DNA of 64,000 bases, taken from positions 4,800,001 to 4,864,000 of the forward strand of contig OZ242311.1 of NCBI GenBank assembly GCA_965207885.1, in the 5' to 3' direction. Within the stretch, counting starts at the first letter, position 1. Each line of letters starts with the position of its first letter. Under the pieces are notes generated by a model. That model saw only the letters and a program-made list of their open reading frames with translations. It was not told the DNA's origin and did not search any database. This document shows positions 19,239 to 28,743 of the stretch, piece by piece. Origin of the DNA: Candidatus Latescibacterota bacterium (GTDB lineage Bacteria > Latescibacterota > UBA2968). The translations under genes were made by a program, and so were the position numbers.

Positions 19239-20927
19239 TTACGCACCGGCCCGTGCAGAAGTTCCCGAGCGATAATTGCTATTGCGACCGCGTCGTCCGT
19301 AGCGTCGTCCCCGGCTGCGCGAGATGCGTTTGCCAGAGCGACCAGCCCAATCTGTGGCGATTATTTGTCTAATCACCGTGATCTGAATCTCGCCTGGATA
19401 GGTCATTTCCTCGCGAATGCGCTCAGCAATTGCAAAGGATAGATCTTTGGCCTGTTCGTCGTTCACACGCCCGGCATTGACCAGCACGCGCACTTCGCGA
19501 CCAGCATTGATGGCATATGCATCGCGCACGCCATCGAAAGATTGCGCCACCTCCTCTAAATCGCGCACCCGTTTGATATACCCTTCGGCATCGTCGCGAC
19601 GAGCACCGGGCCGCGATGAAGAAATTGCATCGGCTGCTTTGACCAAAAACGAAAGCGGGGTAGAAGCCTCTGCCTCGCCGTGGTGATAAAAAATACCGTT
19701 GATAACCTCCTGGCCCTCGCCGTATTTGCCGGCCAGGTGCGCGCCGATGTCGGTGTGTTTGCCCTCGAGTTCCTGGTCCACGGCTTTGCCAATATCGTGC
19801 AATAGCCCACATCGCCGCGCGAGTTTTTCATCCATGCCCAATTCTGCTGCCATTGCACCGGCCAGAAAAGCCACTTCTTTGGAATGCCCCAGAACGCTTT
19901 GCCCATAACTCGTGCGATATTTGAGCTTTCCGATCAGTTTGACCAGTTCTGGATGCACTGATTCAATGCCCAATTCGCGCACTGCCCGACGGCCTTCTTC
20001 AGCAATGAGCGAATAGATCTTTTTTTCGCAATTGGCAACAACCGCTTCAACGCGGCTTGGATTGATGCGACCATCGCGCACCAATTGCTCCATAGACAAA
20101 CGCGCCACATCGCGCTTAACCGGATCAAAGCTGGATAAGACAACCGCCTCGGGTGTATCGTTTACAATGACTTTAACACCTGTGGCGGCTTCAAAAGCAA
20201 TGATATTGCGCCCCTCTTTGCCGACGATGCGCCCCTTGATATGATCATCGGGCAATGTGACAACCGATATGGATGACTGTACGGTTTGATCTGTGGAACA
20301 GCGTTCTATTGCCTGTGCCAGAATTTTCTTGGCTTCGCGGTCGGCTCGTTCTCTGGCGTGATCGATAATTTCTCGGCCGATATTTGCGGCTGTCTGACGC
20401 AGTGAATTTCGGATGTTTTCGAGTAGCATCTCGCGGGCGCGGTCGGCATTCATGCCCGAAATACGCTCCAATTGCGCCCGTTGCTGATCGAGAATATCGG
20501 TCAGTTCCAGTTCTCGTTTCTCCAAACGTACGGCTTTTTGATTTCCTTCTTGTTCCCGCCGGGTTAAGGTCTTTTCTCGCTGACTTGCAACTTCGGCCTG
20601 TTTTGCCAGGCGAGTCTCTTGTTCGTGAAATTCGTCATTTCGACGGTCTAAAGAACGCTGTTTTTGATCAAAAGACTTTTCAATTTCAGCCTTTTCTTCA
20701 TACCAGCTGTTTTTAATTTCTAAAAAAGCAGCCTTGCGATCTCGGTCTTCCTTTTTTGCGAGTTGGGTTGCGTGTTTCTCTGCCTGCTGTTCAATATCTC
20801 GCATCTTTCGATCTCTAATACGGGTGCCAACAAACCACCCGATTCCAAACGTAATAAGGGCAATGGCGACTGCCAGATAGATGATACTGTTAGCTGCCAT
20901 TGAAGCTCCCTGAAGTAGCATGTCCAT
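19239..20927 (-). CDS. rny: Ribonuclease Y
   Basis: N-terminal TM helix, coiled coil, KH (KGRIVGKEGRN), HD (LLHDIGK) and RPGAR. Confidence 0.95.
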   Translation of the reverse strand: MDMLLQGASMAANSIIYLAVAIALITFGIGWFVGTRIRDRKMRDIEQQAEKHATQLAKKEDRDRKAAFLEIKNSWYEEKAEIEKSFDQKQRSLDRRNDEFHEQETRLAKQAEVASQREKTLTRREQEGNQKAVRLEKRELELTDILDQQRAQLERISGMNADRAREMLLENIRNSLRQTAANIGREIIDHARERADREAKKILAQAIERCSTDQTVQSSISVVTLPDDHIKGRIVGKEGRNIIAFEAATGVKVIVNDTPEAVVLSSFDPVKRDVARLSMEQLVRDGRINPSRVEAVVANCEKKIYSLIAEEGRRAVRELGIESVHPELVKLIGKLKYRTSYGQSVLGHSKEVAFLAGAMAAELGMDEKLARRCGLLHDIGKAVDQELEGKHTDIGAHLAGKYGEGQEVINGIFYHHGEAEASTPLSFLVKAADAISSSRPGARRDDAEGYIKRVRDLEEVAQSFDGVRDAYAINAGREVRVLVNAGRVNDEQAKDLSFAIAERIREEMTYPGEIQITVIRQIIATDWAGRSGKRISRSRGRRYGRRGRNSNYRSGTSARAGA

Positions 20928-21138
20928 TGGAGCCTCCTGTCAAAATTCAAATCCGGTTTTATATCCATAGCGCAGGTGCGTTTGAAGATGTCTCTCTGCA
21001 CAAACTGCGCCGATGCGTTATACGCATCGCAAATAAGAAAAAGCAGATAAAAAATAGGGGTCATGCGTTTTTGTTCCTCAGAAGCTGGCTTAAAGCGATA
21101 AAGGGGTTATGTCGTGAACCCAAATATTTTAAGAGACC

Positions 21139-21172
21139 CAAAAGGGAGGAATCGCGAGACGACCCCTCCCTT
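21139..21172 (-). terminator. Probable intrinsic terminator after iscA
   Basis: AAGGGAGG...CCTCCCTT stem with a short U-tract on the minus strand. Confidence 0.6.
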
Positions 21173-21202
21173 CTGCACATGGGCTTTTCTACAAAGCGAC
21201 GT

Positions 21203-21529
21203 TCAAACGTTAAACGATTCCCCACATCCACACTGATTTTTGGCATTGGGATTGTTGAACCGAAACCCCGTTCCCATCAAGCCATCGTCGTAATCCAGTT
21301 CCGTGCCTGTCAAAAAGAGCGCGCTTTTCATATCGACAAAAACCCGAACGCCATAGGCTTCGATCACGCTGTCATCTGTGCGGGCTGTCTCGTCGAAATC
21401 GAGCTGATATTGAAGGCCAGAACATCCGCCACCGATCACTTTCAGGCGCAAACCGTGATCTTCGGGACGTCCGTCTCGGTCCATGAGCTCTTTGATTTTG
21501 CCCGCTGCGGTTTCTGTGACGCAGACCAT
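21203..21529 (-). CDS. A-type Fe-S carrier (IscA/ErpA/HesB family)
   Basis: GGGCSGLQY and CGCGESF motifs. Confidence 0.93.
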   Translation of the reverse strand: MVCVTETAAGKIKELMDRDGRPEDHGLRLKVIGGGCSGLQYQLDFDETARTDDSVIEAYGVRVFVDMKSALFLTGTELDYDDGLMGTGFRFNNPNAKNQCGCGESFNV

Positions 21530-21541
21530 ATAATGCCTCCA

Positions 21542-22021
21542 TTAACTCAACGCTTGCAGACACGCTTTGATCGCATCAAAATCGGGCAACTCGGTTGGAT
21601 CGTCGGACACAGAAGCAAAGCGCACCACACCGCTTTTATCTACGACAAAAGCAGAACGCTTTGCCACGCCCTTAAATCCAATCAGGTCTTCGAATTGCGA
21701 TCCATAAGCCGCGCTGACTTCTTTGTTGAAATCGCTGAGCAGGGGAATGGTAATACCTTCTTTCTCTGCCCATGCTTCCTGGGCAAAGGGACTATCTACA
21801 CTGATGCCCAAAACCTGTGCATCGAGTGCGTCGTAATCGGCCAAACCACTGCTGACCGAACACATTTCATCGGTGCAGACGCCGGTATAAGCGAGTGGAA
21901 AAAACAAGATTACGACGTTTTTGTTATCTCTGTAATCGCTCAGAGAAATATCGTTCATATCATCACCAGATTTTGATTTCAACGTAAAATCTGGTGCCTG
22001 GTCACCTACAGTAATACCCAT
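21542..22021 (-). CDS. Peroxiredoxin (AhpE/BCP-like)
   Basis: FFPLAYTGVCT.E peroxidatic motif; RSAFVVD. Confidence 0.9.
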   Translation of the reverse strand: MGITVGDQAPDFTLKSKSGDDMNDISLSDYRDNKNVVILFFPLAYTGVCTDEMCSVSSGLADYDALDAQVLGISVDSPFAQEAWAEKEGITIPLLSDFNKEVSAAYGSQFEDLIGFKGVAKRSAFVVDKSGVVRFASVSDDPTELPDFDAIKACLQALS

Positions 22022-22042
22022 TTCTCATATCCTTTGGAAAAC

Positions 22043-22651
22043 TTATAGCGCAGCTTCGTAACGGCGGTTGACTTCGTCCCAGTTAATTGTATTGGTCCAG
22101 GCTTCAATATAATCGGGACGCAAATTCTGATACTTGAGATAATAAGCGTGCTCCCACACATCGAGGCCGAGAATGGGCGTTCCGTCACCTGTCATGATCG
22201 GATTATCTTGATTGGCAGTGCTCAAAATATCGAGTTTGCCGTCTTTGACCACAAGCCAGGCCCACCCACTTCCAAAGCGCGTTGTCGCAGCGGTGACAAA
22301 TTGTTCCTTTGCAGCTTCCATGCTGCCCAAATCGGCGACAATAGCGCTGGCGACTGCACCTCCTGGTTCGCCGCCATTGGGACTCATAATTGTCCAGAAC
22401 AAACTGTGGTTGGCATGGCCGCCGCCGTTGTTTTGAACAGCCGTGCGGATATCTTCTGGCACGCTGTCCAGATTGGTGATCAAACTCTCAATAGACTGAT
22501 TTGCCAGATCATCGTGTCCCTCAAGCGCGGCATTGAGGTTGGTCACGTAGGCATTGTGGTGTTTGGAATGGTGAATTTCCATCGTCCGCGCGTCAATGTG
22601 TGGCTCGAGTGCATCATAAGCATAGGGCAAGTCGGGCAATTCGTATGCCAT
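22043..22651 (-). CDS. sodA: Superoxide dismutase, Mn type likely
   Basis: [18 protein letters not shown] and DVWEHAYY motifs. Confidence 0.93.
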   Translation of the reverse strand: MAYELPDLPYAYDALEPHIDARTMEIHHSKHHNAYVTNLNAALEGHDDLANQSIESLITNLDSVPEDIRTAVQNNGGGHANHSLFWTIMSPNGGEPGGAVASAIVADLGSMEAAKEQFVTAATTRFGSGWAWLVVKDGKLDILSTANQDNPIMTGDGTPILGLDVWEHAYYLKYQNLRPDYIEAWTNTINWDEVNRRYEAAL

Positions 22652-22701
22652 TTTGAAACTCCTTGTTTAAAGATGAATAGCGTTACTGAGTCGGAAATCA
22701 A

Positions 22702-22785
22702 AATATAATGAACTCCCATAAGGGCGTCAAGTCCTTATACAAGTTGTTTATTTTATATAACACAAATACTTACAATAAGTTGATA
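22702..22785 (-). promoter_or_regulatory. Putative sodA promoter with an upstream IHF-consensus site
   Basis: TTGACG-17 nt-TATATT (22730-22702); TATCAACTTATTG at 22785-22773 matches WATCAANNNNTTR. Confidence 0.55.
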
Positions 22786-22798
22786 TATATCTGGAAAA

Positions 22799-23653
22799 TC
22801 ATTTGACGCGAATAAGCGCGTTGTCTATCAGGCGTGCATTGCCGAAGCGCACAGCTACGGCGAGCAAAATGGAATCTTTTAGCTCTGCAATGGGCGTGAG
22901 GTCTTTTGCATCGACGGCTTCGATATAGTCGATTTTTGCACTGCGCTGTGGTTCAATGACATCGCGCATGGCTTCGATGACCTTTTGGGCGCGCCTTTCG
23001 CCCCGATCGATCATTTTTTGCCCCACCATCAATGCGCGGTAAAGCGCGGGGGCTTCCCGCCGTTCTTCAGCACTCAAATAAGCATTTCTCGAACTCATCG
23101 CCAATCCGTCTGCTTCGCGCACTGTGGGGACCATCTGTATCTCCACATCCAGGTTGAGATCGCGCACCATGCGTTGAATAACGATTGTTTGCTGCGCGTC
23201 TTTTTGTCCAAAGACAGCTATATGGGGTTTTACAGCTGTAAATAGTTTGGTGACGATTGTTGTCACACCTTCAAAATGCCCTGGACGACTTGCGCCACAC
23301 AGCCTGTCGGTCAGCTTTGCCACGCGCACCGATGTCGCAAAATCTCCGGGATATATTTCTTTTTCATCGGGCAGGTATGCGAGATGCACGCCGTGTTGGT
23401 CGAGCAATTTCAGATCCCGATCCAGGTTTCTTGGATAGGCTGCGAGATCTTCGGCGGGACCAAATTGCAGTGGATTGACAAAAATGCTCACGACAACCCG
23501 GTCTGTCACTTTTAATGCCTGGCGCACAAGGCTGAGATGGCCTTCGTGTAGATATCCCATTGTGGGTACAAGCCCGATGCGCAGGCCCGCCTGTCGGATA
23601 CGGTCCGCTGCGCGGTGCATTTCGCGGACGGTTTTTATAATTTTTACGGCCAT
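22799..23653 (-). CDS. panC: Pantoate--beta-alanine ligase
   Basis: PTMGYLHEGH, SRPGHF, FGQKD and GLAMSSRN motifs. Confidence 0.96.
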   Translation of the reverse strand: MAVKIIKTVREMHRAADRIRQAGLRIGLVPTMGYLHEGHLSLVRQALKVTDRVVVSIFVNPLQFGPAEDLAAYPRNLDRDLKLLDQHGVHLAYLPDEKEIYPGDFATSVRVAKLTDRLCGASRPGHFEGVTTIVTKLFTAVKPHIAVFGQKDAQQTIVIQRMVRDLNLDVEIQMVPTVREADGLAMSSRNAYLSAEERREAPALYRALMVGQKMIDRGERRAQKVIEAMRDVIEPQRSAKIDYIEAVDAKDLTPIAELKDSILLAVAVRFGNARLIDNALIRVK

Positions 23654-24486
23654 TATGTGTCTATTTGCGCTCTAAATCGGCGCAGTTCCGCGCTTTTTAT
23701 CTTAAAACGGTGTCTGTCTTCTGGAAATCGACGCGACTTGATATCTGCGACATAGTCTGCAAATGCCTGATGCATCACACTTTTGAGGTCTGTGTATGTT
23801 TTGACAAACCGATAATGGCTTTTGTAAACACCCAGCATGTCGTGTGCAACCAGCACCTGTCCATCGCATACGCGCCCGGCGCCTATTCCAATGGTTGGCA
23901 TGGACAACCGTTTGGTCACGACTTCGGCAATGCGCTCGGGCACACATTCTAAAACTACGGCCAGCGCGCCGGCAGACGCCAGTGCATCGGCATCTTTCAG
24001 GACATCGAGTGCTTCTTCGGCGCGATCGCCAAACACAGGACGTTTACCCGTGCGCGTTTGAGGCGTATAGCCAACGTGCCCAACCACGGGGATGCCCTCG
24101 GCGGCGAGCGCCTCGACCTGGGGCGTTATATTGCGCCCCCCCTCGAGTTTAACCACTTCGGTGCCAGCGGAAACCAATTGTCGCGCATTTTCTATTGTTT
24201 GCTCCGGCGTTTCGTAAGCTCGATAGGGCAAATCCGCCATCAACAGAGCACTCACGACTCCGCGCCGCACTGCGCGCGTGTGGTGGAGCATATCATCCAT
24301 TGTCACCTGCTGTGGGCTTTTATATCCCAACACATTGACGCCTACCGAGTCTCCCACAAAAATGACATCGACACCAGCAGCATCCTGAAAAACAGCTGTG
24401 GGATGATCGTAGCAGGTCAACATCGCAATGGGTTCGCCTCGTTGTTTCATCAGCGCGAGGGTTTCTGGTTTTACGCGCGATCCCAT
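23653..24486 (-). CDS. panB: 3-methyl-2-oxobutanoate hydroxymethyltransferase
   Basis: MLTCYD, VGDS, VKLEGG and IGIGAG..CDGQVLV motifs. Confidence 0.95.
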   Translation of the reverse strand: MGSRVKPETLALMKQRGEPIAMLTCYDHPTAVFQDAAGVDVIFVGDSVGVNVLGYKSPQQVTMDDMLHHTRAVRRGVVSALLMADLPYRAYETPEQTIENARQLVSAGTEVVKLEGGRNITPQVEALAAEGIPVVGHVGYTPQTRTGKRPVFGDRAEEALDVLKDADALASAGALAVVLECVPERIAEVVTKRLSMPTIGIGAGRVCDGQVLVAHDMLGVYKSHYRFVKTYTDLKSVMHQAFADYVADIKSRRFPEDRHRFKIKSAELRRFRAQIDT

Positions 24487-24489
24487 AGG

Positions 24490-25143
24490 TCAAGTCCGCC
24501 TCGTTTTGCCAGCTTCCATGTGCGCTGGTCGATAATAACGGGTTCCGGACGGAGGCGATTTAATTTGTGCCAATAAATCCTCTAAGTGTTCCGGGCGGTT
24601 TTCAAAATCGACCTCCGATACATTAACTGCGAGCAGCGGTGTTATCGAATAATGAAAGAAAAAATGGTTATAGGCTTCTAATAACTTCGAGACGTATTCT
24701 TTTGTTATCTCTCTTTCATATCCACGTTCATGGCGTATTATACCCCGCATCAGATGATTGACTGTGGTTTGTAAATAAATCACCAGGTCTGGACGGGGAA
24801 GTTTTTCGCTCAGTGTTTCGGCCAGCCGCTCATAGAGCGCAAATTCCGTATCATTGAGTGTCACGTTGGCGTAGATGCGATCTTTTTCAAAAATAAAATT
24901 GCTGACCACGGCTTCTTCAAATAAATCCATCTGATGTAGTTCTTGTTGCTGTCGATAGCGGCTTAGCATAAAAAAGACCTGGGTTTGAAAGCCATATTGA
25001 TCGGGAGCCTCGTAGAACAAAGGCAAAAAGGGATTTTCTTCGGGTTCTTCGAGCATCAGGCGGGCATTTAGACGACGTCCCAGAAGGCGAGCCAAACGCC
25101 TTTTGCCCACACCTGTTACTCCTTCAATGGCTATATATCGCAA
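24490..25143 (-). CDS. Deoxynucleoside kinase
   Basis: IAIEG..GVGK, ENPFL..FY and PDLVIYL motifs; folK-panB context. Confidence 0.88.
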   Translation of the reverse strand: MRYIAIEGVTGVGKRRLARLLGRRLNARLMLEEPEENPFLPLFYEAPDQYGFQTQVFFMLSRYRQQQELHQMDLFEEAVVSNFIFEKDRIYANVTLNDTEFALYERLAETLSEKLPRPDLVIYLQTTVNHLMRGIIRHERGYEREITKEYVSKLLEAYNHFFFHYSITPLLAVNVSEVDFENRPEHLEDLLAQIKSPPSGTRYYRPAHMEAGKTRRT

Positions 25144-25160
25144 TGCTAAATCCCTTGGCC

Positions 25161-25664
25161 TTATTTTTTCATGATCAAATTGAGACCTTCAATTTTTCGC
25201 ACGGGCAAATCCCTGCCCAAAGACTTGGTCAAAAATTGAATCGATTGACCCAGGACGGGGTGTTTGAGGTCGGGTTTGAGGTCGCAAAGCGGCACCAGGA
25301 CAAATGCGCGCTCGTGTAAGTGTGGGTGTGGCACCTGCAAGCCCGGCTGGTTGATGATGGCATCGCCATAGAGTAAAATATCGAGGTCCAGTGTGCGCGG
25401 ACCCCATCGCGTCTCGCGCAGACGACCAAATTTGCGCTCAATTGCCAGTAGGCAATTCAATAAACTTCGCGCAGAGAGACTGGTATGGACTTGCAGAACT
25501 GCATTGAGAAAATACGGCTGGTCAACGACACCTATCGGAGCGGTTTCATAGACAGCAGAGGCAGCGATAATGGCGATTTCGGGTTTTTCATTTAGGATAC
25601 CCGTCGCGTCCTGGAGCGTTTTTTCTCGATCTCCCAAATTCGCGCCAATGCCAATGTAGATCAC
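25161..25664 (-). CDS. folK: 2-amino-4-hydroxy-6-hydroxymethyldihydropteridine diphosphokinase
   Basis: GANLGD, WGPRTLDLDIL and PHP...ERAFVL motifs. Confidence 0.95.
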   Translation of the reverse strand: MIYIGIGANLGDREKTLQDATGILNEKPEIAIIAASAVYETAPIGVVDQPYFLNAVLQVHTSLSARSLLNCLLAIERKFGRLRETRWGPRTLDLDILLYGDAIINQPGLQVPHPHLHERAFVLVPLCDLKPDLKHPVLGQSIQFLTKSLGRDLPVRKIEGLNLIMKK

Positions 25665-26020
25665 GTTTCACGTCTCACTTCAACTTCAACGCCATCGAAA
25701 TTGACGGATACCGGTGGGTTGGGTTTGCGAACTCGCACGAGGAGTTTTGACAATCCCAATTCCGACTGCAAAACGTCAGCGATGCGGTCCGCCAGGGCTT
25801 CGACAAGGCCGAACCTTTCCCCCGTCACAACTTGCTCGACTATTTTACAGACGCGCGGATAATCTACGGACTGAGACGTATTATTGTGTGCAAATCCCCT
25901 GAAATCCCCATAGATTTCTACGTCAACTTCAAATTTTTGACCGAGTTTGGCCTCTTCTTCAAACAGTCCATGGTAGCCGTAAAAAGCCATATTTTTTATT
26001 CTCAGTACGTCATTTGTCAT
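25661..26020 (-). CDS. folB: Dihydroneopterin aldolase
   Basis: FYGYHG..EEE...GQ.F.VD, VDY and RKP.PP motifs. True start at ATG 26020. Confidence 0.92.
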   Translation of the reverse strand: MTNDVLRIKNMAFYGYHGLFEEEAKLGQKFEVDVEIYGDFRGFAHNNTSQSVDYPRVCKIVEQVVTGERFGLVEALADRIADVLQSELGLSKLLVRVRKPNPPVSVNFDGVEVEVRRET

Positions 26021-26046
26021 GGTGCTAATATTTACAATTCCATGTG

Positions 26047-27063
26047 TTAAGTCAAGCGGTTTGCTGTAAATGGCAAGTTGACCACTTCGGCCTCTGATCC
26101 GTCGTCCAGTAGCACGCGCTGTCCTGCTTCGTGATAGCCCCGTCGGATGATGGCAAGGGCGACCACGCGATTGAAGTGGAGAGATTTCACACATGTCGTT
26201 ACCCGTCCGACGGTTTTATCGTTGACTGTGATATTGCCACAAACAGGCGTATTGCCGCTCAATGCATGTGCTGAAGTGCCTTTATTCAGTAACAAGCCGG
26301 TTAGGTAGCGGCGGGGGCGTCCTCGAAAGTGCATTTTGGCGATTACTTCTTGTCCAATGTAGCATCCCTTGTCAAAATCGACTGCGCGATTTAAACCAGC
26401 TTCGAGGGGCGCGACTGATTCATCTATCTCGGCGCCATAGCGGGGGATGCCAGCTTCAACCCGCAATATTTTCTCCACTTGCCAGCCGATTGGCGTTCCT
26501 CCCGCTGTGACGAGTGCCCGCCGCAATGAATCGGCACGGTTTTGTGCAATGCGGAGATCACAGCCCGGTTCACCCGTGTATGATCGCGCGGTGACCCAAA
26601 TTGGGATGCCTTCAAATTTGCGTATAATCGTATGATGTTCGGGGAGGTCAGCCGGTATGCGCCCAACAACTCGACCGGCCAGCTCAAGGGCTGTGGGACC
26701 CTGTACCCCTAATATGGCCCAGGCGTCGGATTCGTCCGATAGTGCGACATCATCGGCGATCAGATAGCGATCCAGGGTTTCCATCAACTTTGTCGCAAGT
26801 CCCGGTTCTGTTTCCATATAGATACAATCTTGTAAGCGGTGGACCCAAACATCTAATAGCGTTTGTCCTCGCGCCGATGTGACTGCAGCGTAATTGCCTT
26901 CATTTTCGGCGAGGGATTCAACGGTGTTGGTCACCATGCCGTGCAAAAATCTCAGACAATCTGCGCCTTCTGCACGCACTTTGCCTCGCTTGCTGCGGTT
27001 GAATACTCCCGCGTTTTCTCGAACGGCACGGTACTGCATTTCCACATTTCGATGCGATGACAT
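26047..27063 (-). CDS. ygfZ: Folate-binding protein YgfZ / GcvT family
   Basis: KGCYIGQE signature and GcvT-like fold motifs. Confidence 0.85.
   Translation of the reverse strand: MSSHRNVEMQYRAVRENAGVFNRSKRGKVRAEGADCLRFLHGMVTNTVESLAENEGNYAAVTSARGQTLLDVWVHRLQDCIYMETEPGLATKLMETLDRYLIADDVALSDESDAWAILGVQGPTALELAGRVVGRIPADLPEHHTIIRKFEGIPIWVTARSYTGEPGCDLRIAQNRADSLRRALVTAGGTPIGWQVEKILRVEAGIPRYGAEIDESVAPLEAGLNRAVDFDKGCYIGQEVIAKMHFRGRPRRYLTGLLLNKGTSAHALSGNTPVCGNITVNDKTVGRVTTCVKSLHFNRVVALAIIRRGYHEAGQRVLLDDGSEAEVVNLPFTANRLT
26264..26290 (+). repeat. 27-nt hairpin micro-insertion, in frame within ygfZ
   Basis: GCATG-TGCTGAA-9 nt loop-TTCAGT(A). Removing it restores GLLLSG. Confidence 0.55.
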
Positions 27064-27100
27064 ATATCTTATCCTCCTATTGCCTAATTGTGGTAATATC

Positions 27101-27130
27101 TATATACTTTGAAAACGCCGTTTTTGTCAA
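27101..27130 (-). promoter_or_regulatory. Putative promoter for the ygfZ-fol-pan operon with an internal palindrome
   Basis: TTGACA-18 nt-TATATA; the spacer contains AAAACG-C-CGTTTT. Confidence 0.5.
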
Positions 27131-27162
27131 AGGATTCTTATTCTCATCAAAAGGAGATTCGC

Positions 27163-28131
27163 GTGAAAGCTATTCGCATATCGCAATACGGTGGTGCAGA
27201 AGTTTTGAGTTTTGAAGATATTGATGTCGCAGATCCAGGCGAGGGACAGGTGAGAATTACCATAGAAGCAGCGGGTGTCAATTTTATCGACACCTATCAC
27301 CGAACGGGCCTTTATCCGCTGAATTTGCCGTTGACGCTGGGCCTGGAAGGTGCCGGCATCGTGAATGCGGTGGGCGCAGGGGTTTCGGATTTGACTGAGG
27401 GCGACCGCGTGGCCTGGAAAAGTGTGGAGGGGTCTTATGCCGAGCAGGTTGTCGCAGCCGCAGCCGAGGTGGTCAAAATTCCCTCAGATGTCGCTACTAA
27501 AACCGCAGCCGCGGTGATGTTGCAAGGGCTGACTTCGCATTATCTGGTCAATAGCACCTATCCGATTCGAGAAGGCGATACCTGCCTCGTCCACGCAGCC
27601 GCAGGAGGCGTTGGTCTTTTGCTCGTACAGATGGCAAAAATGCGCGGGGCTCGGGTTATTGGCACCACATCTACAGAAGAAAAAGCGGCTCTGGCACGGG
27701 GCGCTGGTGCCGATGATATTGTTCTTTATACCGAACGGGATTTTGAAGCCGAAGTTCTGCGCCTCACAGATGGTCAGGGCGTCGAGGTTGTTTACGATTC
27801 CGTTGCCCAGGCCACCTGGGAGAAAAGCATCAATTGCCTCAAGCCGCGCGGTTATATGGTCTTTTTTGGCAATGCCAGCGGGCCGGTTCCGCCGATTGAT
27901 CCCCTGCTTCTGTCGCAAAAAGGGTCTATTTATCTCACGCGCCCGACGCTCAATAGCTACACGCAGACCCGTGAAGAATATCTCCAGCGCACCAGCGAGG
28001 TTATGGGCTGGATTCAAGACGGCAGTCTAGATGTGCGTATTGGAGAAGAACATCCTCTTGAAAATACGGCCGAAGCACATAAACGCCTCGCAGGTCGGCA
28101 GACTACGGGGAAAGTGCTGTTGATTCCATAG
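27163..28131 (+). CDS. qor: NADPH:quinone oxidoreductase (zeta-crystallin)
   Basis: GVNFID, HAAAGGVG and FGNASG motifs. GTG start with AAGGAG RBS. Confidence 0.9.
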   Translation: MKAIRISQYGGAEVLSFEDIDVADPGEGQVRITIEAAGVNFIDTYHRTGLYPLNLPLTLGLEGAGIVNAVGAGVSDLTEGDRVAWKSVEGSYAEQVVAAAAEVVKIPSDVATKTAAAVMLQGLTSHYLVNSTYPIREGDTCLVHAAAGGVGLLLVQMAKMRGARVIGTTSTEEKAALARGAGADDIVLYTERDFEAEVLRLTDGQGVEVVYDSVAQATWEKSINCLKPRGYMVFFGNASGPVPPIDPLLLSQKGSIYLTRPTLNSYTQTREEYLQRTSEVMGWIQDGSLDVRIGEEHPLENTAEAHKRLAGRQTTGKVLLIP

Positions 28132-28135
28132 TTGT

Positions 28136-28645
28136 ATGTGTATCGAGAATCACACTACGCTGATACTACTCGTGAGAGCCTGCCCCTGCGGGGGTAAGCA
28201 GGGGGGCGATCCCATAACCCATGTTTTGCTCGGCTACAAAAAACGCGGTTTTGGCGTGGGGAAATACACGGGTATTGGTGGGAAAATTGAACCCGGTGAA
28301 ACGGTGCGTGCAGCCGCTGTGCGCGAAATGCGTGAAGAAACAGGCGTTGTGATGTCGGCTCAGGATCTTGTGGATGCCGGGCATTTGACGTTTTATTTTC
28401 CCACCCGTCCCAAATGGAGTCTCACGACCCGTATTTTTATTGGGCGCAGGTGGCAGGGTGAGCCGACGGAAACAGGGGAAATACGCCCTGTGTGGTTTGA
28501 AATTGATCACCTGCCCTTTGATGCGATGTGGGATGATGCTACCTATTGGTATCCCTATGTGTTGGCGCATAAGCGCGTCAGAGCGATATTTACATTTTCG
28601 ACCGACTGCAAAACCGTCGCGACCAGTGAGATTGAGATGTGGTAA
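28136..28645 (+). CDS. Nudix hydrolase, 8-oxo-dGTPase (MTH1-like)
   Basis: KKRGFG, GGKIEPGE....AA.RE..EETG Nudix box, and MW.D. Confidence 0.88.
   Translation: MCIENHTTLILLVRACPCGGKQGGDPITHVLLGYKKRGFGVGKYTGIGGKIEPGETVRAAAVREMREETGVVMSAQDLVDAGHLTFYFPTRPKWSLTTRIFIGRRWQGEPTETGEIRPVWFEIDHLPFDAMWDDATYWYPYVLAHKRVRAIFTFSTDCKTVATSEIEMW
28178..28204 (+). repeat. 27-nt hairpin micro-insertion, in frame within the Nudix gene
   Basis: GCCTG-CCCCTGC-8 nt loop-GCAGGGG, encoding ACPCGGKQG. Confidence 0.65.
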
Positions 28646-28743
28646 GCTGTGTGTTTTTTACTTGACTCTTGTGGTAGAATGGCTATATATCAGGGCGTTT
28701 GATAAACGCAACTTAACAAACTCTTCACTTTCTCTTTAATGAG

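Noticed and set aside
20928-21202. 6S RNA in the intergenic region upstream of rny
   Set aside because: The position is typical, but there is no zapA and no long self-complementary rod with a central bubble is evident; only a terminator and a short palindrome are seen. An Rfam scan would settle it.
20900-21976. 358-aa plus-strand ORF
   Set aside because: Antisense to well-supported iscA and prx, with no recognisable domain.
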